Assembly: GCA_965203905.1 (NCBI GenBank)
Contig: CBDBDQ010000005.1
Coordinates: forward strand, 6,592,001 to 6,656,000
Source of the DNA: Spirochaetia bacterium
GTDB lineage: Bacteria > Spirochaetota > Spirochaetia > SZUA-6 > Bin103
Length of the DNA: 64,000 nucleotides
Direction of reading: 5' to 3'
In this document: one piece after another, positions 1 to 8,685 of the stretch
How positions within the stretch are numbered: position 1 is the first letter of the stretch
Layout: each line of letters starts with the position of its first letter
Made by a program: the position numbers and the translations under genes
Notes under the pieces: model-generated
What the model was told of the DNA's origin: nothing
The model's input: only the letters and a program-made list of their open reading frames with translations
Database searches by the model: none

Positions 1-11
1 GGAGGCCGGAA

Positions 12-1790
12 ATGACAACCCAGCGTATCCAGAGCGAGGATATCTCGGTCACGATATTGTTCCAGTCGTTTTATGCGGTGCCGGACTATCAGCGCGAATT
101 CGTTTGGGATACGGAGCAAGTAGAGCAATTGCTTAACGACATCCTCGGCGAGATGTCCGGCACGGCACCCGACCAGCGGCCCGAGTACTTCATTGGCAGT
201 ATCGTCGTCTGCCCGGAGCGTAGCGGTCTGCTTGACTTGATCGACGGTCAGCAGCGGCTGACGACACTCTATGTCACACTATGTACGATTCGAGACCGGC
301 TTCAGGCACTGGGCGATCACAGCCCTGTCCTAGACTCCCAGATCGCCGCTGCCTCGATCGACACGTCAGGAAAAGAGACCCCACGCTACCGGTTGAATCT
401 GCAATACGAGGACAGCGGCGACGCACTCGACAGCATCGCAGAGGGCCGAACGATTGAAAGCACGGTGACCCGATCGATGAAGAACATCGACAATGCGCGC
501 GACGTGGTTAAGAAGTTCCTGACAAGCGAGTTCGGCGAGGACGCTGACGCCGTACGTGGGTTCTACGGGTATCTTTCCAACAAGGTTAAGCTGATCCGAA
601 TCCAAACAGAGGATATCGCCAAGGCGCTCAAAATCTTCGAGACGATCAACGACCGTGGAGTCGGACTGAACTCGATGGATCTCCTGAAGAACCTGCTATT
701 TATGAAGGCGACGCCAGTGCAGTTCAACCAACTGAAGGACACGTGGAAGAGCCTGCAAGATACTATCTTCGAGATGAGCGAGAAGCCCTTGCGCTTCCTA
801 CGCTACTTCATCTTCAGTCGCTACGACGAAGATCAATTGCGTGAGGACGAAATCTACGGATGGTTCTCCCAAAACGAAGCAGACGCCGAATACGGGTCAG
901 ACCCGATCAGGTTCGCACGTGAGCTCGTGAGCGCCGCAAGCGCCTACAGCAATTTTCGACTCGGCAAGGACGAACGTGGCAACGCCAACCGATTTCTCGA
1001 CAACATGCGTCTCTTAGGCGGGCGGGCCGCGCGCCAGCACCTGATACTTCTACTTGCTGGGCGGCACCTGTCGTCCGGGCTGTTCGATCGACTCGCCCAG
1101 GAGGTCGAGAATCTGTTCTTCTGCTATGTCATCACGCGCGAACCGACGCGCGATTTCGAGCGTAGTTTTGCACGTTGGGCGACCGAGTTGCGGGGCGTCG
1201 AAGCTGCCGAGGAGTTCGATGACTTCGTCGCTCAGCGGTTTGCGAAGGAGAAGGCTGGGCTCTCGGCACGCTTCGATGATGCGATTGGTCGACTGACCTC
1301 CGGCTCAATACAGCAGTACCGCTTCCGCTATGTTTTGTCGAAGCTGACGCAGTATGTCGATGTACAAGCTTATGGCGAGACCGAAAGCACACGATGGCTA
1401 GCAAACTACACGAGTGGCGGATTTGAGATCGAGCACATATTCCCCCAACAGCCCTGCGCCAAAGCTGCCGATGAGTTCGGCCCGTATGATGACCCTGACG
1501 TCGGCACTAAGCTTGGCAATCTCGTCCTGGTGGAAAAGCAGATCAATGCTTCGCTCGGAAACCGTGCCTACAGCCAGAAACGGGCGGTGTATCAGCAGTC
1601 CAGACTCTTGTTGACGCGCGCGCTGGCGGAGCGGCCGAGGGTCGGTGCAAATACGCAGATCGATCGGACCGTCAGCGCAATTGAGCCGTTTGAAACGTGG
1701 GACGAAGCGGCTGTAAACGACCGTCAGCGGTCGCTCATAGCACTCTCAAGGGCCGTCTGGGGTATGCCTGAGATCGGCCTGTCGCCATGA
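12..1790 (+). CDS. gmrSD: GmrSD-type (DUF262 + DUF1524/HNH) modification-dependent restriction endonuclease
   Basis: DUF262 motifs VPDYQREFVW, IDGQQRLTTL, FETINDRG; C-terminal HNH-like EHIFPQ...LGNLVL...NASLGN. Confidence 0.9.
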   Translation: MTTQRIQSEDISVTILFQSFYAVPDYQREFVWDTEQVEQLLNDILGEMSGTAPDQRPEYFIGSIVVCPERSGLLDLIDGQQRLTTLYVTLCTIRDRLQALGDHSPVLDSQIAAASIDTSGKETPRYRLNLQYEDSGDALDSIAEGRTIESTVTRSMKNIDNARDVVKKFLTSEFGEDADAVRGFYGYLSNKVKLIRIQTEDIAKALKIFETINDRGVGLNSMDLLKNLLFMKATPVQFNQLKDTWKSLQDTIFEMSEKPLRFLRYFIFSRYDEDQLREDEIYGWFSQNEADAEYGSDPIRFARELVSAASAYSNFRLGKDERGNANRFLDNMRLLGGRAARQHLILLLAGRHLSSGLFDRLAQEVENLFFCYVITREPTRDFERSFARWATELRGVEAAEEFDDFVAQRFAKEKAGLSARFDDAIGRLTSGSIQQYRFRYVLSKLTQYVDVQAYGETESTRWLANYTSGGFEIEHIFPQQPCAKAADEFGPYDDPDVGTKLGNLVLVEKQINASLGNRAYSQKRAVYQQSRLLLTRALAERPRVGANTQIDRTVSAIEPFETWDEAAVNDRQRSLIALSRAVWGMPEIGLSP

Positions 1791-1821
1791 TACAGGTCCT
1801 CTCGTGGCCGCACCCCGATTG

Positions 1822-2199
1822 TCAGACCGGACTTGCCGCCAAGTCTTGGGGGGCCTTGCTGACCCACTCCGGTGCGTAGAGCAATACCGGCGCGACGCTA
1901 TCGTCGTCCCATAGTGGCGAATCCTGACCCCAGTAGAAGAAGTGCGCCGTATGATCGTCGGCTATCGCCTTCTGTCGATCGTTCCCCGACTTGGTGTAAA
2001 CGACCACTATATCACCGGCCACCACGCGTTTGTCGGGGAACCAGAATGTGTTGACGACTTCAGTAGTTACCTGATTGCCTTCAAAACGTGTGCGAATGAG
2101 CATGAAATCGCCGATATCGACATCTCGCAAGACATGAAGTACGAGCCGTTCATGGTGGGGGTCACCGTGGTCCAACACAAATCGAATCTCTACCTTCAT
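1822..2199 (-). CDS. small hypothetical protein, lamin-tail-domain-like
   Basis: Starts MKVEIRF at an ATGA overlap with the upstream gene's stop; FWFPD..V..GDIVVVYTKSG...FFYWG...LW pattern resembles LTD folds. Confidence 0.6.
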   Translation of the reverse strand: MKVEIRFVLDHGDPHHERLVLHVLRDVDIGDFMLIRTRFEGNQVTTEVVNTFWFPDKRVVAGDIVVVYTKSGNDRQKAIADDHTAHFFYWGQDSPLWDDDSVAPVLLYAPEWVSKAPQDLAASPV

Positions 2200-2643
2200 C
2201 TCAAACGCAGCCTTGCCACCACCGTCCCCACAACGAATGTCGCTCCAACCACCAGCGCAATCCACCCGGTGGGCTGGGTGGACCACAGCGATGGAAGGTG
2301 ACCCAGAATCAAGGATCCCGCCTACCAGTGCGGCACCGAGCACAATGTCTTGCGCAGTGGACCTATTGAGCCGTTCGCGGAGTACTGCGGCCTCCTTATC
2401 GCATAGGTGAAAGCGCTCGCTGACTCTTCGCAGCTCATCGTTTTCCTGCACTAATTCGTCATGTTGGTCAAGAATCATTCTCAGGGTTCCTGGGTGTGAA
2501 AGCTCTTCCTCGGACAGTTCGCGACGCAGCTTGTGAAAGGCCTTCCGTCCCTTTCCACTACGTCGCCCGCCTTCTTCGCCATCGGGCGGCTCCTTGTAGA
2601 GAGCGCTGCGTAGCGGATCGTCAACTGATTCGGGCTCCGTCAT
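2196..2643 (-). pseudogene. coiled-coil + 2-TM hypothetical protein with a +1 frameshift (real or sequencing error)
   Basis: Removing one base at the CCC run 2317-2319 restores ...ALVGGSLILGHLPSLWSTQPTGWIALVVGATFVVGTVVARLRLR* ending at TGA 2198-2196; the span is 3n+1. Confidence 0.6.
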
Positions 2644-2736
2644 CAGAATATGGAGATAGTACCTCACACTTCGCGTCCGTCAACCGGCAGGCCTGCCCCT
2701 GCAGGTCCTTGCGAGGGCGTATGGTAGGCTGACCGC

Positions 2737-4413
2737 GTGAGCGACCGCCCGAACATCCTGGTGTTGATGACCGATCAGCAGCGTGCCGACGCGATGGGCT
2801 GCGCAGGCAACCCGGTGCTTCGCACACCCGCCATGGACGCCATCGCGGCCTCCGGGGTGCGCTTTACCAATGCCTGCGCCTCCACCCCGGTGTGCGTGGC
2901 CTCGCGCATGAGCTTCATCACCGGCCACCGGGCGGCGCGCACGCACTGGATGGACAACAGCGCCCTGCCCGGCCCGGTGCCGGAGCTGCCCACCATGATG
3001 GGCCTGCTGCTGCGCGCCGGCTACTGGACCCACGGCGTCGGCAAGATGCACTTCCGCGGCCGCTCCTACGGCTTCCGCAACCTGCTCACCATGGAGGAGG
3101 GCGTCGAGCACCGCGTCGACGACGACTACCTGCGCTACCTGCGCGATGCCGGCGTGCAGGCGCGCTTCCCGAAGGGGATGCGCGACCTGCTCTACTTCCA
3201 GCCGCAGACCAGCGGCGTGCCGGTGGAGCACAGCGCCAGCAACTGGGTCGCCGACCGCTCCATCGAGTTCCTGCAGGAGCACGCCCGCTACCGGCCCGAT
3301 CAGCCGTTCTTCCTGTGGTCCTCCTGGATCGCGCCGCACCCGCCGTTCGCTCCCAGCGCACCCTACGACGAGCTGTACGAGCCGGGCGCCATGGCGTTGC
3401 CGGAGTACGCCGACCGCCCGGCGGTCGACCTGCCCTCGGCACTGTGGCCGCACCGCGCCCGCCTCGACGGCGCACACCGCGATCCCGACCGCATGCGCCG
3501 CATCCGCGCCCTCTACTACGGCCTGATCGGCCAGGTCGACGACGGCATCGCCCGCATCATGGCGGCGCTGCGCGAGCTGCGGCTAGACGAGAACACGGTG
3601 GTGTTGTTCACCGCCGACCACGGCGAGATGCTCGGCGACCACGGCCTGTCGCAGAAGAACTGTCCCTACGAGCCGTCGGTGCGCGTGCCGCTGCTGCTGC
3701 GCTGGCCGGGACGGACGCACCCCGGCGCCACCTGCGACCACCCCGTCGGCCTCACCGACGTGCTGCCCACCCTGGTGGCGGAGCTGGGCCTCGATTACCC
3801 CGCCGACCAGGGACCGCTGCCCGGCGAGAGTCTGCTCGGCGTGCCTGGCGGCGGGCTCGCCTCCGGGCGCGGCGACTACGTGATCGACTACGGCCAGGGC
3901 GCGCGCCGCTGGATTGCGGTACGCACACGGCGCCACAAGTACGCGCTGTTCGCCTGCGACGGCGGGCGCGAGGAGCTGTACGAATTGGAGGCCGACCCGC
4001 ACGAACGCCACAACCTGACCGCGGCCGAGCCGGAGCTTACCGCCGCGTTCCGCGAGCGCGCCCTCGAATGGGAGCGCACCTCCGGCCTAGCCCAGGCGCC
4101 TGGCGAGTCCGCCTCATTCGAGGGCGCCCGGTTCCGCACCTGGCCCGGGCCGGCGGAGGTTCCCTCCGAGGAGGAACTGCGCGACGTGTCGGTCAACGAA
4201 GGTGCCTGGCCGAAGCGGGTCCCCGCCGACGAGTCCGCCGCCTTGGAGAGCTTCGCGGCCGCCTTCACCCGCGCCATCAGCAAGGAGACCACCCTCAGCC
4301 CCGACAAGCTCTCCCTAGCCAGCTACAAGCGCAAGCTCAGCCGCCTCGGCCCCCGCGACCCCGGCGAATCCCTCGTCGGAACCCCTTGGGAGCAAGCCTG
4401 GCACGACGCCTGA
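2737..4413 (+). CDS. sulfatase (Cys-type, formylglycine-dependent)
   Basis: RPNILVLMTDQQR, CVASR (CxxxR), GKMH, PHPP, FTADHGEMLGDHG. Confidence 0.92.
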   Translation: MSDRPNILVLMTDQQRADAMGCAGNPVLRTPAMDAIAASGVRFTNACASTPVCVASRMSFITGHRAARTHWMDNSALPGPVPELPTMMGLLLRAGYWTHGVGKMHFRGRSYGFRNLLTMEEGVEHRVDDDYLRYLRDAGVQARFPKGMRDLLYFQPQTSGVPVEHSASNWVADRSIEFLQEHARYRPDQPFFLWSSWIAPHPPFAPSAPYDELYEPGAMALPEYADRPAVDLPSALWPHRARLDGAHRDPDRMRRIRALYYGLIGQVDDGIARIMAALRELRLDENTVVLFTADHGEMLGDHGLSQKNCPYEPSVRVPLLLRWPGRTHPGATCDHPVGLTDVLPTLVAELGLDYPADQGPLPGESLLGVPGGGLASGRGDYVIDYGQGARRWIAVRTRRHKYALFACDGGREELYELEADPHERHNLTAAEPELTAAFRERALEWERTSGLAQAPGESASFEGARFRTWPGPAEVPSEEELRDVSVNEGAWPKRVPADESAALESFAAAFTRAISKETTLSPDKLSLASYKRKLSRLGPRDPGESLVGTPWEQAWHDA

Positions 4414-4455
4414 TTCCTCGCTGCGCTCCCCCGCCCACCATTTCCGATCATGATC

Positions 4456-4484
4456 TTGACTTCATATGTATAGAAACACATAAT
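4456..4484 (+). promoter_or_regulatory. sigma70-like promoter with overlapping palindromic operator; probably leaderless TA mRNA
   Basis: TTGACT-17 bp-CATAAT, 7 nt before GTG 4492; TATGT...ACATA inverted repeat overlapping the spacer/-10. Confidence 0.65.
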
Positions 4485-4491
4485 CTCTAGG

Positions 4492-4857
4492 GTGAGTTGG
4501 GCTGTCGAGATTGCCGACGAGTTCAATCCGGAGTTCGACAGTCTACCCGTGGACGTGCAAACCGAGATCCTGGCCTTGTCGCGGCTCTTACGGCAATTCG
4601 GACCGCAGTTGGGACGGCCGCGGGTGGACACGCTGAACGGCTCCCGGCATGCGAATATGAAGGAGCTGCGGTTCAGCGCGGTGGACGGCGAGTGGCGCGT
4701 CGCCTTCGCCGTCGACCCCAAGCGTAGCGCCATCCTCCTGGTAGCAGGAGACAAGTCGGGCGGTAGTTCGAGGCGGTTCTACCGTACGCTGATCCGCAAG
4801 GCCGATGAGCGATTCGATCGGCACCTGAGCCGCGTGGCTCAAGAAGGAGATTCTTGA
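4492..4857 (+). CDS. type II TA toxin, RelE/HigB-like (Gp49/DUF891)
   Basis: GPQLGRPRVDTLNGSRHANMKELR...ILLVAGDKSG; toxin-first order. Confidence 0.88.
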   Translation: MSWAVEIADEFNPEFDSLPVDVQTEILALSRLLRQFGPQLGRPRVDTLNGSRHANMKELRFSAVDGEWRVAFAVDPKRSAILLVAGDKSGGSSRRFYRTLIRKADERFDRHLSRVAQEGDS

Positions 4858-5183
4858 TGGCTGTCAATGTAGACGACAAGATCGCGGGACTCGACCCCGT
4901 CCGGCGCCGCCAGGTCGAGGAGCGGGCCGAGGAGCTTATCGCCGAGGAGATGACGCTCCGGGAGCTGCGCAAGGCCCGGCAACTCACCCAGGTCAACGTG
5001 GCACGCAAGCTCGGCATATCGCAGGATGGCGTTTCCCGTCTCGAGCAACGGAGCGATCTGTTGCTCTCGACGCTGCGCAAGACCGTGGAAGCGATGGGAG
5101 GCAACCTGTCGCTGATCGCAAAGTTCCCGGACCGTCCGCCGGTCGAGCTCGCCGGCATCGCCGACAACGATCCCGGCGACTGA
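4854..5183 (+). CDS. XRE-family HTH antitoxin (HigA-like)
   Basis: LRELRKARQLTQVNVARKLGISQDGVSRLEQRSDLLLSTL; overlaps toxin stop. Confidence 0.88.
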   Translation: MMAVNVDDKIAGLDPVRRRQVEERAEELIAEEMTLRELRKARQLTQVNVARKLGISQDGVSRLEQRSDLLLSTLRKTVEAMGGNLSLIAKFPDRPPVELAGIADNDPGD

Positions 5184-5214
5184 CGCCTGAGCGTCCTCCT
5201 GAAATGAGGCGGAT

Positions 5215-6333
5215 CTACTTGTAGGGATCGGCGGCGTCGCGCAGGCCGTCGCCGACGGCGTTGTAGCACAGCACCGTCACCACCACGAAGATCCCCGGGA
5301 TCAGCAGCCACGGGTTCAGCGCAATCACGCTCACGTTGGAGGCCTGCTGGAGTGCCACCCCCCAGCTCACCGTCGGTGACGTCAGACCCAGGCCCAGGAA
5401 ACTGAGGCCGGTCTCGCCGAGGATCATCCCCGGGATCGACAGGGTGAGGTGGACGATCAGGTAGCCGACGAAATTCGGCAGCATGTGTCCGGTGATCACC
5501 CGGTAGTTGGTGGTGCCGGCCACCTTCGCGGCCGTGACGAAGTCCTCTTCCCTGAGTTGCAGGATCTTGCCGCGCACCGTACGCGCCAGCCCGGTCCAGC
5601 CGAGGATGGACAGGATCACCGACATCAGGAAGTACTTGGTCACCGGCGGCCACTCCAGCGGTATCGCCGCGGCCAGCGCCATCCACAGCGGCAGCCCGGG
5701 CATCGCCTCGACGAACTCCACGATGCGCTGGATGATCAGGTCCACACCGCCACCGAGCAGGCCGGAGGCGCCGCCGAGCAGGGCGCCGAGCACGAAGCTG
5801 ACCGCGATGCCGACCAGGCCGATGGAAAGCGAGATCCGCGCGCCGTGGATGACGCGGGTCAACACGTCGCGGCCCAGATCGTCGGCGCCGAACAGGTAGA
5901 CCACCCCCGGTTCGTCGACGCCGTACAGGCGGAGTCTGCCGTCGAACAGGCCCCACAGCTTGTAAGGGTCCCCCTTGACGAACAATCTGACCGGATACCG
6001 CGTCTCCTTGTCTTCCGAGAACACCAGCAGGAACGTCGCCGGGTCGCGCTCCTGCGCCAGGCCGTACACGAACGGACGCTGGAGTTGCCCCTCATGAAAC
6101 ACGTGGACTCGCGTCGGTGGCAGGAACGCCAGTTCCGTCCGGCTCTGAATCTTGTCGTAGGGGGAGAAGAAATCGGCAAAGATGGCGGTGAAGTACAACA
6201 CGGCCAGAATCACCGCCGCCACCACCGCCAGCTTGTGGCGCCCGAACTTGCGCCGCATCAGCACCCAGTGGGACGCGACGAAATACTGTTCCCGTTCGGC
6301 AGATGGCATCGGCGCCCGCGCTTCGGTGCTCAT
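5215..6333 (-). CDS. peptide/nickel-type ABC permease (OppC/DppC-like)
   Basis: LFGADDLGRD, EAA loop (AAKVAG), GDGLRDAADP; start MSTEARA overlaps upstream stop. Confidence 0.9.
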   Translation of the reverse strand: MSTEARAPMPSAEREQYFVASHWVLMRRKFGRHKLAVVAAVILAVLYFTAIFADFFSPYDKIQSRTELAFLPPTRVHVFHEGQLQRPFVYGLAQERDPATFLLVFSEDKETRYPVRLFVKGDPYKLWGLFDGRLRLYGVDEPGVVYLFGADDLGRDVLTRVIHGARISLSIGLVGIAVSFVLGALLGGASGLLGGGVDLIIQRIVEFVEAMPGLPLWMALAAAIPLEWPPVTKYFLMSVILSILGWTGLARTVRGKILQLREEDFVTAAKVAGTTNYRVITGHMLPNFVGYLIVHLTLSIPGMILGETGLSFLGLGLTSPTVSWGVALQQASNVSVIALNPWLLIPGIFVVVTVLCYNAVGDGLRDAADPYK

Positions 6334-7328
6334 GCCGTCTGCTTCTCGAACCGGATACGCGGATCCACCACCACCAGCAGGAGATCCGATATCAGCGTGC
6401 CGAACAGCCCGAGCGACCCCAGGAACAGTATCAGGCTGGCGGCAATCTGCAGGTCCTGCTCCAGGAGCGCGGTCAGCAGCAGCGGTCCCACCGTGGGCAG
6501 GCTGAGCACGATCGACACCAGCGCCTCGCCGGAGACCACTCCCGCCAGCAACCCTGCCAGTCCGGACACCATCGGATTGATCGCCAGCCGGATCGGGTAC
6601 TTGAACAACAGGCGGCCCTCGCCTACTCCCTTGGCGCGCGCGGTCACCACGTACTGCCTGCCGAGCTCGTCCATCAGCGTGGTGCGCAGCACGCGGATCA
6701 TGCCGGCCGTGCCTGCGGTGCCGATCACGATCAGCGGCACCGGCAGATGCTTCATCAGGTCGACCACCTTGGCGACACTCCACGGCGCGATCAGGTACTC
6801 GGGCGAGAACAGGCCGCCCGGGCTCCAGCCGAAGTAGCGCTGGAACAGGAACATCAGGATGAGCGCCAGCAGGAAGTTGGGCGTGGCCAGGCCCAAGAAC
6901 CCGAATACGGTGCCCGAGTAGTCACCGACCGAGTAAGGATGGGTTGCCGAGTAGATCCCGATCGGGATCGCGATGATGTAGGTGACCACCATCGTGGACA
7001 GCGACAGGATGATCGACAGCATGATGCGCTCGCCGATCAGGTCGGCGACCGGCCTGTTGTGGGTGGCCGACTCGCCGAAGTCGCCGCGGAAGATGATGTT
7101 GGTAATCCACTTCCAGTACTGGACGTGGAACGGATCCCTGAAGCCCCAGCGCCTGTTGAGCGCCTCGATGGCCGACTCGTCCAACTCTATCCCGAACCGC
7201 TCCATGTAGTAGAGGAAGTTGTCGATCCAGTCGCCCGGCGGAAGCTGGATCACCGCAAAGGCGACAAAGGACAGCATGATCAGCATCAGGAGCATGTAGA
7301 ACAGACGCCGCCCGATGTAGCTGGCCAT
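6330..7328 (-). CDS. peptide/nickel-type ABC permease (OppB/DppB-like)
   Basis: YIGRRL, LPPGD, TARAKG, DPRIR. Confidence 0.92.
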   Translation of the reverse strand: MASYIGRRLFYMLLMLIMLSFVAFAVIQLPPGDWIDNFLYYMERFGIELDESAIEALNRRWGFRDPFHVQYWKWITNIIFRGDFGESATHNRPVADLIGERIMLSIILSLSTMVVTYIIAIPIGIYSATHPYSVGDYSGTVFGFLGLATPNFLLALILMFLFQRYFGWSPGGLFSPEYLIAPWSVAKVVDLMKHLPVPLIVIGTAGTAGMIRVLRTTLMDELGRQYVVTARAKGVGEGRLLFKYPIRLAINPMVSGLAGLLAGVVSGEALVSIVLSLPTVGPLLLTALLEQDLQIAASLILFLGSLGLFGTLISDLLLVVVDPRIRFEKQTA

Positions 7329-7424
7329 CCTGCGAGCCTAAGGCGGCCATTGACCGCTGTCAAGTTCGTGCGCCCGCTTGCGCGGCCGGCCGCGGAGCGC
7401 CATCCTTGGACGCGGGGGCGCAGG

Positions 7425-8630
7425 ATGCAAAATAGGCCGTTTTTCGAGCGGATCCGGATGCCGGAGCCGGGCGGAACCTACTTCGAGGTGACCAATTCCG
7501 GAGCGGTGCTCGCGTTCGGGCAGAGGGCGCACGAGTCGCGCCTTCCGGGCGGTGTCGACCACGGCTTCCCGCGGCTCCACTCGCGCGCCCGCAGCCTGGA
7601 TCGGGGACGCACCTGGACCATCGAAGAGGAGAACTGGTGGGAGCCGGAGACCAGGGGCCGGGGCTGCAGCGTGGTCGATCGCACCAGCGGCGAGATCTTC
7701 CTGTTCAGCCAGGGCACCTGGCCGCTGCAGGACGACCGCGGCGAGCCGGTCAGCGAGAGCTGGATGATCATCAACCACGAGAAGGGCCGCGAGATGGGCG
7801 CGTGGATGTTCATGGAGAAAAGCGCCGACGAGGGCAGGACCTGGCAGCGGGTCGACCTCACAGAGCAGTTCTTCACCTACCCCGGCGCCGGGCTCGCCTG
7901 GTTCATCGGCGGCGGCATCCAGCTTCAGCGCGGGCCGCACGCGGGACGGCTGATCGTCCCGGCCCGCTACTTCGGCAAGGAGATCGCGGAGATCGACCCC
8001 GAGCAGCACAACATCCTGTGGCCGCACGCGTCCCTGGGACCGGTCTACGACGACGGCGACGGCCAGCGGACGCAGTGCCTCACCGAGGAGGCCCACAACG
8101 CGGTGGCCTACAGCGACGATCACGGCCGGACCTGGCAATGGGGCGGGAGTTCCCAGGGGTTTACCGGCGAGGCCTGCATCGTCGAGTTGGCGGACGGGTC
8201 GGTGTACCTGAACAACCGCAACCACGATCCCACGTCCATGGGCTATCGCTCGTGGTGCATCAGCCGCGACGGCGGCGAGACGTTCACCGAGTTTGGCGTC
8301 GACGAGACGCTCATCGAGAGCCGCTGCCACGCTTCCCTGGCGCGCTACGTCGACCCTGACGGGAGCCGACCTGACTGCATCCTGTTCTCCAACCCACCGG
8401 TGTTCGAGGGGGTGAACCAGTCGCCGTCCCGCGGCTGCGGGAAGCTGTGCCGCATCAACCAGACCGTGCGCGTGAGCTACGACGACGGCAAGACCTGGCC
8501 GGTGGCGCGCCGGGTCAGCGAGGACGGCGCTTACTCGTCGCTGGTGGTGCTCGACGACGGCACCATCCTGTGCGGATTGGGGACCACCGTCAGCCGTTTC
8601 AACATGGCATGGCTGGAGCAGGGCGACTAA
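7425..8630 (+). CDS. BNR/Asp-box beta-propeller, sialidase-like
   Basis: Four Asp boxes (SADEGRTW, SDDHGRTW, SRDGGETF, SYDDGKTW) and AYSSL; start at ATG 7425 inferred. Confidence 0.82.
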   Translation: MQNRPFFERIRMPEPGGTYFEVTNSGAVLAFGQRAHESRLPGGVDHGFPRLHSRARSLDRGRTWTIEEENWWEPETRGRGCSVVDRTSGEIFLFSQGTWPLQDDRGEPVSESWMIINHEKGREMGAWMFMEKSADEGRTWQRVDLTEQFFTYPGAGLAWFIGGGIQLQRGPHAGRLIVPARYFGKEIAEIDPEQHNILWPHASLGPVYDDGDGQRTQCLTEEAHNAVAYSDDHGRTWQWGGSSQGFTGEACIVELADGSVYLNNRNHDPTSMGYRSWCISRDGGETFTEFGVDETLIESRCHASLARYVDPDGSRPDCILFSNPPVFEGVNQSPSRGCGKLCRINQTVRVSYDDGKTWPVARRVSEDGAYSSLVVLDDGTILCGLGTTVSRFNMAWLEQGD

Positions 8631-8662
8631 AGAAAGCGGCCGCCCCGCGAGAGGACGGCCGC
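8629..8662 (-). terminator. intrinsic terminator of the SBP gene
   Basis: GCGGCCG...CGGCCGC stem followed on the - strand by TTTCTTT. Confidence 0.65.
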
Positions 8663-8685
8663 CGTGATTGTGAGCTACCTAACGG

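Noticed and set aside
1822-2667. Single 281-aa fusion protein as in the ORF track
   Set aside because: The alternative frame gives two TM helices and an ATGA stop/start overlap, so two genes with a frameshift fit better.
6303-7424. Long N-terminal extensions and antisense ORFs (e.g. 6303-8630, 56043-58205, 57203-59005, 8896-10620, 19622-20905)
   Set aside because: Shadow ORFs typical of high-GC DNA; they overlap well-supported genes and are Arg/Pro/Ala-rich without motifs.
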